From a phage, in sequence record PZ386954.1: 42,659 bases of DNA; one strand, given 5' to 3'. Under the pieces are notes generated by a model, which searched no databases, was not told the origin of the DNA, and was given only the letters and a program-made list of their open reading frames with translations. Shown piece after piece: positions 7,556 through 15,236 of the stretch; positions within the stretch are counted from its first letter, which is position 1; each line of letters starts with the position of its first letter. A program made the translations under genes and the position numbers.

Positions 7556-7831
7556 ATGTCCACTATCAATGTGTTTTCCCTGAATAACGGCGGTCTGGCT
7601 TTCATCGTTGGCGAGACTGTTGACAATGCACCTTCACTGGGTGTGCAGCCGAAGCCGGACGCAAGCCATGACGAGGTGATTGGCGAGGTGCGCGAGGCGC
7701 TGGAAGACCTCGGCGGTATGCTGATTGCCATTCAGGGTGGCAAGCTGTCGGTTGAAAAGCTGAATGCACTGGAGCCTCGCTTCATCACCAGCTTTGAAGC
7801 TGACAACGTAGACGCGGCTGACTTCGAGTAA
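7556..7831 (+). CDS. small acidic early protein (91 aa)
   Basis: ATG after conserved leader cassette; D/E-rich, ends ...NVDAADFE. Confidence 0.65.
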   Translation: MSTINVFSLNNGGLAFIVGETVDNAPSLGVQPKPDASHDEVIGEVREALEDLGGMLIAIQGGKLSVEKLNALEPRFITSFEADNVDAADFE

Positions 7832-7866
7832 GCCGACCACTAACCCACCAGTAACAGGAGAACAAC

Positions 7867-8103
7867 ATGGCTAAGTTTGAACTGGTACGCTTCACCGACC
7901 CGAACGATGGTGAAGTAACCTATGCACAATTCGCTGACGACCGCCAGCAGGTGGCAGTGTACACCAGCAAGACCTTTGCTTTCGAACAGTTCGGTGAGGA
8001 ACTGCACTTTGACAGCGTGAGCTACGTGCTGCTGTCCGGTGGTGAGTACGCCGATGCAGTGCAGGCCGCACTGGATGAAGGTGAAGTCATCAAGACTGCG
8101 TGA
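7867..8103 (+). CDS. small acidic early protein (78 aa)
   Basis: ATG with AGGAG SD; leader ...CTAACC...AACAACATG shared with the gene at 9073. Confidence 0.6.
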   Translation: MAKFELVRFTDPNDGEVTYAQFADDRQQVAVYTSKTFAFEQFGEELHFDSVSYVLLSGGEYADAVQAALDEGEVIKTA

Positions 8104-8110
8104 TTTCTGT

Positions 8111-8134
8111 CAGCCCATCCATAGCGGTGGGCTG
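8111..8134 (+). other. intergenic RNA hairpin, 9-bp stem, loop CATAGC, followed by conserved leader cassette
   Basis: CAGCCCATC / CATAGC / GGTGGGCTG; then GGCAATCATGCC and ...CTGAGGGTTTTACCATG. Confidence 0.55.
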
Positions 8135-8171
8135 TAGGGCAATCATGCCACAACTAACTGAGGGTTTTACC

Positions 8172-8456
8172 ATGGCTAAAGTAACTGCATACTACTCCGC
8201 ACAAGAGAAAGACATCGTGGCTGTTGTTGGTGACGGCTTCGAAGAAGGCAACTATGCGCTGTGCATTTCCGGCTGCAAAGAAGTACCGAAGCTGAACACG
8301 GTTGATGATGCTGTGGCTGCGCTGCCGTCGCTGCAAGCTGACATCGAACGCATGGGTGAGCTGGCCTTCCTGCTGCACGGTGGTTCGCTGAACGCTACTG
8401 CTTCGGTTGACATGCCTGCCAAGGGCTACGAAGAAGTCGGTAGCTTCGAGGTCTAA
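8172..8456 (+). CDS. small acidic early protein (94 aa)
   Basis: ATG at 8172 directly after conserved leader cassette with GAGG SD. Confidence 0.6.
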   Translation: MAKVTAYYSAQEKDIVAVVGDGFEEGNYALCISGCKEVPKLNTVDDAVAALPSLQADIERMGELAFLLHGGSLNATASVDMPAKGYEEVGSFEV

Positions 8457-8458
8457 GC

Positions 8459-8794
8459 ATGGCGTTGCATCCGGTCAAGGTATTCCGTGGGCCTGACATT
8501 ACGGATGGGCAAGACGTGGCGGTACTGCTGTACCGCCTGCCCGATGGTCAGGAAGGGCTGGTCGTCATCGACCAGATTGAAATCTTAGGGCAGCAGATGT
8601 TGACGAGTGAGGCGAGCGACGAGCAAATCATCGAACGCTTCAAGGCGTACGCCGGGCGCAGGCCATTCATCATCGACCTGCTTAACGAGCTGCACTACAG
8701 CGCCGCGCCGCTGGCTATCCAGACGTGGCTCAAGATTCTCACTCCCATCTACGAGGGTGAGATGTATCTGTTTGGTATTGACAACGAGGAATAA
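8459..8794 (+). CDS. early protein (111 aa), function unknown
   Basis: ATG 2 nt after upstream stop with GAGG SD. Confidence 0.6.
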   Translation: MALHPVKVFRGPDITDGQDVAVLLYRLPDGQEGLVVIDQIEILGQQMLTSEASDEQIIERFKAYAGRRPFIIDLLNELHYSAAPLAIQTWLKILTPIYEGEMYLFGIDNEE

Positions 8795-8796
8795 TC

Positions 8797-9042
8797 ATGG
8801 GTAAGAAAGTAACTTTGAAAGTAGTTAAGCGCCGCCCCGGATTCACCGTGGGTACTGAGTACCCGGCAGTGCTGATTGCTGAGGGCGAGAATCTGGTCAA
8901 GGCATTCCCTAAGCTGGCCTCGGTGTACGGCAAGGGCGCTGAGGATGTGGCAGGCTACGAAACTGTAGCCGTACTGGACGAGCGTGGCCATCCGTGTGAC
9001 TTCTTCACGCAGGGCTATCACGACTGGTTCGAAATCGTTTAA
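8797..9042 (+). CDS. small early protein (81 aa), paralog of the product of 9073-9315
   Basis: shares TVGTEYPAVLIAEGENL with TIGKEYAALLVEAGEEI in the next gene; GAGGA SD. Confidence 0.65.
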   Translation: MGKKVTLKVVKRRPGFTVGTEYPAVLIAEGENLVKAFPKLASVYGKGAEDVAGYETVAVLDERGHPCDFFTQGYHDWFEIV

Positions 9043-9072
9043 CCAACCACCTAACCAAGAGAGGGTAACAAC

Positions 9073-9315
9073 ATGGCACGTTCTATTCTGATTCGCATCA
9101 TCGGCCACACCGCACAGCCGTCCCATTTCTCCGGCGCAGTGCGTGACACTACCATCGGTAAAGAGTACGCCGCTCTGCTGGTTGAAGCTGGCGAAGAAAT
9201 CCCGGACGGCTGGGAAACTGACGAGCAAGGCATCGCGTTTGTTGATGACGTGGGTGATGACTGCTTCGCATACAGCTCGGCGCACCTCGGACACACCATC
9301 GAAATCGTCGAGTGA
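9073..9315 (+). CDS. small acidic early protein (80 aa), paralog of the product of 8797-9042
   Basis: conserved block with the previous gene; GAGGG SD. Confidence 0.65.
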   Translation: MARSILIRIIGHTAQPSHFSGAVRDTTIGKEYAALLVEAGEEIPDGWETDEQGIAFVDDVGDDCFAYSSAHLGHTIEIVE

Positions 9316-9321
9316 TAAGCT

Positions 9322-9345
9322 ACAGCCTCTGCTTGCGGGGGCTGT
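9322..9345 (+). other. intergenic RNA hairpin with CTTGCG-containing loop
   Basis: ACAGCCTC...GGGGCTGT inverted repeat downstream of the stop at 9315. Confidence 0.5.
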
Positions 9346-9371
9346 GTCATTATCAAACGAGCGAGGTGAGC

Positions 9372-9524
9372 ATGAGCGGCAGCACATACAATGCGCACGC
9401 CAACCAGATAAGCTACGCAGGGTACTGCGCACTGGGTGGGGCGAGCAACCCGAACCTAATGAGCCGGGCGGTGTATCTCGGCGGTCACTACATGCACCAC
9501 GAATACTATTTAATCAGGGGGTAA
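9372..9524 (+). CDS. small protein (50 aa), Tyr/His/Gly-rich, function unknown
   Basis: ATG with GAGGTGAG SD; short, so uncertain. Confidence 0.4.
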   Translation: MSGSTYNAHANQISYAGYCALGGASNPNLMSRAVYLGGHYMHHEYYLIRG

Positions 9525-9526
9525 CT

Positions 9527-9811
9527 ATGGTACTGGCATCTGAAAGTATTATCGAACAGGCTGGCGCAATCCGTGAAGCTGAGCATCTGCGTGGGGTAGC
9601 CGCAACGCTCGGTCACTGTGCTGGCAACGGCGGTCTGCGTGGGCATTCAGTCGGCGGCGTATTTCCCTGCGTGATATTCTCGCGGGGCAACCCACATGAA
9701 CACCTCGACTGGTGCTTCCTCGCACCGAACGGCGACGAGTTCGACGGCTTCGTAAGTTATGAAGATGCGTATGCAGCCGCGCAGGTATGGCTGGAACAAC
9801 GAGAGGTGTGA
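9527..9811 (+). CDS. hypothetical protein (94 aa)
   Basis: ATG with AGGGGG SD; tightly packed with neighbours. Confidence 0.55.
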   Translation: MVLASESIIEQAGAIREAEHLRGVAATLGHCAGNGGLRGHSVGGVFPCVIFSRGNPHEHLDWCFLAPNGDEFDGFVSYEDAYAAAQVWLEQREV

Positions 9812-9813
9812 GT

Positions 9814-10113
9814 ATGAGTAAGTGGAAAGATAACGTAGCCAAGCTACAGCGTTGGTTGGTCGATGCCTTTGGCGCACCGCCAGCCCCTGTGCATGACGAC
9901 TCGCCGTTCCAATACGTCGAGAAGAAAACGCAGGAGCTTAAGCTGGGTGACTACGTGGTAGCATACGGCGGTTACATCCAGCGCATCGGTGCCGTGGAGT
10001 ATGACGGCAGCCGACTGGTCGTAACCAAGTTAGGGCATGGGCCTGAGCGTGAGTGGCAGGCGTACGAAGATGACGAGTTCACCGTCCGTATTCTGAAAGA
10101 GGATAACAAATGA
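9814..10113 (+). CDS. hypothetical protein (99 aa)
   Basis: ATG at 9814 with GAGAGG SD (track ORF extended upstream). Confidence 0.55.
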   Translation: MSKWKDNVAKLQRWLVDAFGAPPAPVHDDSPFQYVEKKTQELKLGDYVVAYGGYIQRIGAVEYDGSRLVVTKLGHGPEREWQAYEDDEFTVRILKEDNK

Positions 10114-10622
10114 TTGACTTCAAAACTTTTAACCCGAAGCAGTTGGAAGTGATTAAGCTGCTGGCTGCACACATCGACAGCGAGCCTATGCTCAGTGAGC
10201 TGGTAGAGTTCAAGGGTGGCTACCTGCCGAAGCAAAGTTACATCGGCGCGGTGCGTGCCGGGCGCGAGGGTATGCTGGACATTGTTCCGGCCACTCGTAC
10301 TGGTGCGCTGCTGGCACGCAACGTCAGCGTCATCATCGGCATGAACATGCGAGCTGCGCAGGCAGACGGTGACGAGGAGTTGCAGGTCGAGCTGCGTCTG
10401 GCTGGTAAGATGGCAGCGCAGGCTATGTCCTCGGTTGATATTGCTGAGAAGTATCACGACTGGTACATGGCGTGCTCCAATGTGCCGGGGGATATTAGCG
10501 AGACGGCGCTGGGTCTGCTGTTCGTGGGCGAGTTCATTGACACAACGATGCGTACTATCAAGGGCAACGTTGAGCAGATGATTCGTGCAATGCTGGAGTC
10601 GAAGAATGCAACGCGACACTAA
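10110..10622 (+). CDS. hypothetical protein (170 aa)
   Basis: ATG overlapping upstream stop; AAGAGGA SD. Confidence 0.6.
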   Translation: MIDFKTFNPKQLEVIKLLAAHIDSEPMLSELVEFKGGYLPKQSYIGAVRAGREGMLDIVPATRTGALLARNVSVIIGMNMRAAQADGDEELQVELRLAGKMAAQAMSSVDIAEKYHDWYMACSNVPGDISETALGLLFVGEFIDTTMRTIKGNVEQMIRAMLESKNATRH

Positions 10623-10776
10623 GCTGGCCGTAGTCAAATCACCCACCGGATTATTCTGGTGGGTTGTTAATAAACTCCAGCCGAATAAACCTTTGGCTGT
10701 GCGTGACACAAAGTGGGAAGCCGAGAGTAAACTCGAAGACCTGCAACGCATAGTGCGTAATGTTATTCCGGTGTAG
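10606..10776 (+). CDS. hypothetical small protein (56 aa)
   Basis: ATG at 10606 with GGAG SD; overlaps end of upstream gene. Confidence 0.4.
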   Translation: MQRDTKLAVVKSPTGLFWWVVNKLQPNKPLAVRDTKWEAESKLEDLQRIVRNVIPV

Positions 10777-10786
10777 TCATCTACTC

Positions 10787-10811
10787 ATGCCTGTTATTAT
10801 TTAGCAGGCAT
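10787..10811 (+). terminator. hairpin with AT-rich loop at the early/middle boundary, directly upstream of the ATGAAGGTGTCTATA motif
   Basis: ATGCCTG / TTATTATTTAG / CAGGCAT. Confidence 0.35.
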
Positions 10812-10830
10812 TATGAAGGTGTCTATATTG
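10812..10830 (+). promoter_or_regulatory. copy of the ATGAA(A/G)GTGTCTATA motif family, candidate phage-RNAP promoter or regulatory box
   Basis: TATGAAGGTGTCTATATTG, 18 of 20 identical to the 25549 copy; about 20 nt upstream of the 10850 gene. Confidence 0.4.
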
Positions 10831-10849
10831 GCCAACGTGAGGATGAAAT

Positions 10850-11053
10850 ATGTTCCGAGTTATATTGTTGTTCCTGTTCCTCGTTATTATTTGGGGAGCT
10901 TTATGGATGGCGCTGGCAGTGTTCGCACTGATACCAGCCATCGGTGAGTCGGCTACTTCTTCGGTGGGTACGCTGCTCGGTATGCTGGTAGGCTGGGGCT
11001 TGATGCACGTAAGCCTGAGCGTAGGTCAGAGCCGGAGGTGGATTAGATGGTAA
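10850..11053 (+). CDS. small membrane protein (67 aa)
   Basis: highly hydrophobic, predicted TM helices; GAGGATGA upstream. Confidence 0.55.
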   Translation: MFRVILLFLFLVIIWGALWMALAVFALIPAIGESATSSVGTLLGMLVGWGLMHVSLSVGQSRRWIRW

Positions 11054-11487
11054 AGCCTAAGTACAAAATCGGTGACGAGATTGTAGGTCACAACGACACT
11101 GGCACCCGGTCAGGTAAGCTGGGTATCATCGCATGGGTTAACCCTGACCGCCGAGCATGGGAGCGCAGTGGTGAGACCCGCTACATCGTGAGCTGGATTG
11201 GTGAGCGGCTGAATGCACAGCCGGACATCAGCCACTACAAGTCTGATTGGCTGGAGGATAACACCAGTCTGGTCAGCCGCAAGCCAGAAGACCGGGGCCG
11301 CTACATGTGCTTGGTCGAAGGCAGCAATGCACCGCCGAAGGTTGAGCACATCACTGAACTGGATGCGCGGGAAGAAGCTGAGCGTTTGGCTGAGCGCAAC
11401 GGAGGTACTGTCCGTGTGCTGCAAGTTGTAGCCAGCGTGAAGATGAAGAAGAAGATTCAGTACATACCAGAGTGGGATAACGAATGA
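11047..11487 (+). CDS. hypothetical protein (146 aa)
   Basis: ORF with SD; no motif recognised. Confidence 0.6.
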   Translation: MVKPKYKIGDEIVGHNDTGTRSGKLGIIAWVNPDRRAWERSGETRYIVSWIGERLNAQPDISHYKSDWLEDNTSLVSRKPEDRGRYMCLVEGSNAPPKVEHITELDAREEAERLAERNGGTVRVLQVVASVKMKKKIQYIPEWDNE

Positions 11488-12194
11488 TGAAATCAGTGAG
11501 CAACGACGAGTGGCCGGAGCTGGCGAAGCGTCTGCCAGTAGGACAAAAGCGAAGGACGTTTCACAGTTGCTCGCGGTCATTCAGCAAGACCAACTTTGAG
11601 TATGGCCGTGCGCCGGATTACATCTGGTGCAAGTGCCATCGCTGTGGGTACAGCCGCAAGCATGACCTGACCCATGCAGTGTACGTACCGCCAGCCGAGG
11701 TGCAGGTGAAGGTGCCGACTGATGTTGTGCCTATCACTGAGGTGATTGCCAAGCAGCCCCGCCTTCTCCTGCCTGTGCTGGAGCGCGAGAACCTGATGCC
11801 GCACCTGTCTATCCTGACTGCAAGCCCAACGTATGGCAGGCTGTATCTGCCGGACGACACGGGCAGCTACTGTGGTCTGGATTACACCGGGCGGCAGTTC
11901 ATACCATGGCGCTCACCGCACAAGCATAGCTTGGCGATGAAGGTACACCCGCGAGGTGAGGCTGAGACGAATTGCCTGTGGGTATACGGTGAGGTGGACG
12001 AGTATCTCCAGCAGGTACGTGACGGGGGCAACTGTGCTTTCGTGCCGAACGTGGATGACACGACATTGCAGGCACTGGTAAGTGTGACGCTGGCCTATGG
12101 CTACAACCTCGTGGTCATCTGCCACCACCCAAGTGCTCAACGTATCCGCAGGGAACTGCGTGTGGTAGGGCGAGTGCAGATAGTAGGAGAGTGA
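11484..12194 (+). CDS. zinc-finger DNA replication protein, possibly DNA primase
   Basis: H-x-C...C-x-C-x2-C cluster (HSCSRS...CKCHRCGY) near the N-terminus; position immediately upstream of the helicase; no clear TOPRIM motif. Confidence 0.4.
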   Translation: MMKSVSNDEWPELAKRLPVGQKRRTFHSCSRSFSKTNFEYGRAPDYIWCKCHRCGYSRKHDLTHAVYVPPAEVQVKVPTDVVPITEVIAKQPRLLLPVLERENLMPHLSILTASPTYGRLYLPDDTGSYCGLDYTGRQFIPWRSPHKHSLAMKVHPRGEAETNCLWVYGEVDEYLQQVRDGGNCAFVPNVDDTTLQALVSVTLAYGYNLVVICHHPSAQRIRRELRVVGRVQIVGE

Positions 12195-12195
12195 T

Positions 12196-12624
12196 GTGCT
12201 TGAGTGTATTGACCACGGCCAGAAGGGTAATGCTAATGGCTACGGATATACCAGCCGCTATGTAGATGGCAAGCGGGTAGTGGTTGGGCTGCACCGCGCA
12301 GCTTACTGCGATGCGCATGGCCTGCCTTACTCTGCAATCAAGGGCAAGGTGGTCATGCACCGTTGTGATAACCCACGCTGTATCAACCCTGACCATCTGG
12401 TGTTGGGTACACAGGGAGACAACATGCAGGACATGATGGGCAAACGCCGACACCACAAGGGTGAGGCAACACCGCACGCCAAGCTGACGAGTGAGCAGGT
12501 CGTGCTTATCCGTAAGCTGTACGCTGAGGGCGGCGTAACCCAACGTGAACTTGCGTTGGAGTTCGGTGTATCCCAAACGAATATCAGTGCCATCGTAAGG
12601 GGAGAAACTTTCAGTGTTGGATAA
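12196..12624 (+). CDS. HNH homing endonuclease with C-terminal helix-turn-helix
   Basis: GTG start; HRCDNPRCINPDHLVLGTQGDN HNH motif; C-terminal QRELALEFGVSQTNISAIVRGE; inserted between the zinc-finger gene and the helicase. Confidence 0.8.
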   Translation: MLECIDHGQKGNANGYGYTSRYVDGKRVVVGLHRAAYCDAHGLPYSAIKGKVVMHRCDNPRCINPDHLVLGTQGDNMQDMMGKRRHHKGEATPHAKLTSEQVVLIRKLYAEGGVTQRELALEFGVSQTNISAIVRGETFSVG

Positions 12625-13879
12625 ACTGTTGTTAACGGTGATGCGCGAGCGCGGGAAATACAACTCCCTGCGACACGCCATCCCGGAAGATACAATGAGC
12701 CAGACCACGGGCTATATGCTGCGTGCTTACGGCTCATACTTTGACGCGTTCCCGGACAGTGACTTCATTGACATTGAGACACTGGGTACGCATGTTCGTT
12801 TGAAGACAGGCAGCACGCCTGAACAGATGGCAGCCTTCGATTCGTTGTGCGCTCAGCTCAAAGAGTACAAGCCAACGAAGGAGCAGAAGGAGGGCATCCT
12901 TGACCAGCTCGTAGAGTTGGACACTGCTGGTCGTGCGAACCTGCTAATGCAACGGTACGATAATGGTGAAGAACTTGATATTATCTATGAGCTTGGCCGT
13001 CTGGCTGAGGGCGCACGCCGCAGTCGGGGTCAATCATCCGTTACCGATTACGTCGATGACGATGTTGTTGACATTATTAATCGGACTGATGATGACCAAG
13101 GCTTTAAGTTCGGTCTCATGTGCCTGCAAGATAGCGTACGCGTACTGCTTCCCGGCGACTCCGTTGCAATCGCTGCCCGACCTGACAGTGGGAAGACCAG
13201 CTTCATCGCGTTTAACCTTACGCGAATGGCGGCGACAGCAGCGAAGCTCTATCCGGGCAGACCAATCCTGTGGTTCAACAACGAAGGTCAGGGCATCAAC
13301 ATCATCCCGCGCATCTATCAGGCGGCGCTCAACTGTACGCTCCCGGAACTGAAAGAGCTGGGTGAGGACAGAGGCAAGCTGCACGCTGCGTATGCCAAAG
13401 CACTGGGTGCGCCAGCCAATGTGATTCGTGTTAAGGATATGCACGGCGCGACGCTGGCGAAAGCTGAGCAGGTTATCGAAGCGATGAACCCGTGCATCGT
13501 GGTGTGGGATATGCTTGCCAACTTCAAGCTGTCTGTGTCTGACCCGTCAAGCAACAAGGCGAGTCAGGTCGAGCAGCTATGGCAGGAGGTACGTGAGCTG
13601 GCAGTGCGCCACAACTTTGTGTCGCTGGCTACGGTTCAGGTATCTGCTGATGGTGCCGATGATATGTTCCCGGCACTGGATGCGCTCAAGGATTCCAAGA
13701 CTGGTATCCAAGGGGCGACTGATGTTATCGTGATGCTCGGCAGTGTGGATGACCCATCACTGGCGGCGCGGCGCGGTGTCAGTACGCCGAAGAACAAACG
13801 CCAGATTGCTGGGCGTCCAAGCAACGTGCGGTCGCAGGTACACTTCTTTGCTGACCGCTGCCAATACGAGGATATGTAA
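12614..13879 (+). CDS. replicative DNA helicase (DnaB/T7 gp4 helicase-like)
   Basis: Walker A IAARPDSGKTSF and Walker B-like CIVVWDML; start uncertain (GTG 12614 or ATG 12641). Confidence 0.7.
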   Translation: MLDKLLLTVMRERGKYNSLRHAIPEDTMSQTTGYMLRAYGSYFDAFPDSDFIDIETLGTHVRLKTGSTPEQMAAFDSLCAQLKEYKPTKEQKEGILDQLVELDTAGRANLLMQRYDNGEELDIIYELGRLAEGARRSRGQSSVTDYVDDDVVDIINRTDDDQGFKFGLMCLQDSVRVLLPGDSVAIAARPDSGKTSFIAFNLTRMAATAAKLYPGRPILWFNNEGQGINIIPRIYQAALNCTLPELKELGEDRGKLHAAYAKALGAPANVIRVKDMHGATLAKAEQVIEAMNPCIVVWDMLANFKLSVSDPSSNKASQVEQLWQEVRELAVRHNFVSLATVQVSADGADDMFPALDALKDSKTGIQGATDVIVMLGSVDDPSLAARRGVSTPKNKRQIAGRPSNVRSQVHFFADRCQYEDM

Positions 13880-14241
13880 TGAGCCATTTGAAGGTAGGTG
13901 ACCGAGTAGTAAACATTGATGCACGCAGTGTGCATTACGGTGCGAAGGGTACTGTGGTTGACATCAACGACAAGTACGTGAGCATTGACCGCGACGATGG
14001 TGCGCGTGGTTCTGGTATCAGTGGCTCGTGGACTGCACGCCATGCGTCGTGGGCGCTGATTGGTGACGCTCCGCATGTAGCAGCCACGCCTGAACCGGAG
14101 GCGACTGCCGAGGACTGGAGCTACGCTGAGGCTGAGCGTCTGTACCAAGCAGCGTGCGATGCCATGTCAGTGTACAACCAGTACGTTGAGCGTAAGCCGA
14201 CGACCAGCTACCTGCCCGGCAGCGTGCCGAGTAAGTGGTGA
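13879..14241 (+). CDS. hypothetical protein (120 aa)
   Basis: ATG overlapping helicase stop (TAATG); N-terminal KVGDRVV...GTVVDI KOW/SH3-like feel. Confidence 0.55.
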   Translation: MSHLKVGDRVVNIDARSVHYGAKGTVVDINDKYVSIDRDDGARGSGISGSWTARHASWALIGDAPHVAATPEPEATAEDWSYAEAERLYQAACDAMSVYNQYVERKPTTSYLPGSVPSKW

Positions 14242-14361
14242 GGGGCCGCAGCTATCGCCGTTGCTCTTGCGGCGGCAGTCTGCTGGCTGAGCAGACCAAG
14301 GGCAAGGCCACTGGCAAGACGCTGGTGATTTACGAATGTGAAAAGTGTGGAGTAAAGCAGT

Positions 14362-14553
14362 ATGGAAGAACGCACGTATCGAGCGGCACCCTTAAACCAA
14401 CGTGAGCAAGCAACCATCCGGGCGCAGTACCGGAAGGGTGATGCGTTCCGTGGTGCCGAGGCGCTGGCCGAACGTTTCAATGTGCCGCCTGCTGATGTGG
14501 TGGCAGTGGTGAACTTCACTTATCGCAAGGGGAAACAGAAGCATGATAAGTAA
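14362..14553 (+). CDS. hypothetical small protein (63 aa)
   Basis: ATG with GGAG SD; stop overlaps next gene. Confidence 0.5.
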   Translation: MEERTYRAAPLNQREQATIRAQYRKGDAFRGAEALAERFNVPPADVVAVVNFTYRKGKQKHDK

Positions 14554-15226
14554 TGCAGAAGTCAAGCGCGTATGGGCAGAGGACATCTGCCGTCTGCTGC
14601 AATCACATGAGCTGAACTTTGTGGTTGCCGGGGGAGGGGCAAGGGATACAGCGCTGGGTGTTGAGCCGAAGGACTATGACATCGTGGTCTTCGGTTGGGG
14701 TGGGGATGTAAGCCGCGTGGTCGGTAGATTGGAATGGTTGGACACCAACCTCGAAGCGTATGCCAAGCAGCACAACCTGCCGTATGAGTACATGCCAAGC
14801 TACCACGACGCAGCCGAGGGCGGCGACTTCGGTTCCCGTCTGTACGGTGTGTTCAAGCTCGGCCCGGTTGACATCATCATTAGTAAATGTGGCTGCTGGT
14901 CACAGGTGCTGAGCGAGTTCGACTTCAACCTGAACCAGTTCTACTTCCCGTCCAGTATCCCGCGATACTCCGGGCAGTACAGCCGTGACCCCGGTGAGTT
15001 CATGGCGTACCCGTACGAGCCGAAGCTAACAGCCGAGGACGTGCAGTGGTATCCGGCGCTGGCCAGTCTGGTTGAAAGCTACGACGACCTGCTGACTCTC
15101 CGTGTCTGCCGACCGGATGCCAGCCTGAGTCGTGTGGCCTACATGCTGGAGAAGCACGAGACACACCGCGAGCGCATCGAAGCATACGTCAATCGTATGC
15201 CAGACCATTTGGGTGGCACAGCATAG
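14543..15226 (+). CDS. nucleotidyltransferase, class II CCA-adding enzyme / poly(A) polymerase head-domain-like
   Basis: FVVAGGGARDTALGVEPKDYDIVVFG parallels E. coli Cca [25 protein letters not shown] (GG.(V/A)RD...D.D); 227 aa, head domain only. Confidence 0.7.
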   Translation: MISNAEVKRVWAEDICRLLQSHELNFVVAGGGARDTALGVEPKDYDIVVFGWGGDVSRVVGRLEWLDTNLEAYAKQHNLPYEYMPSYHDAAEGGDFGSRLYGVFKLGPVDIIISKCGCWSQVLSEFDFNLNQFYFPSSIPRYSGQYSRDPGEFMAYPYEPKLTAEDVQWYPALASLVESYDDLLTLRVCRPDASLSRVAYMLEKHETHRERIEAYVNRMPDHLGGTA

Positions 15227-15236
15227 CGGGGGATGA

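Noticed and set aside
8749-9432. Long minus-strand ORFs throughout the window (e.g. 8749-9432, 9972-10751, 29326-30387, 36796-37464, 37765-38892, 39097-39987)
   Set aside because: Each lies antisense inside a well-supported + strand gene, lacks a sensible start context, and has Arg/Ser/Ala-rich low-complexity translations typical of spurious antisense frames in GC-rich DNA; no minus-strand gene is called.
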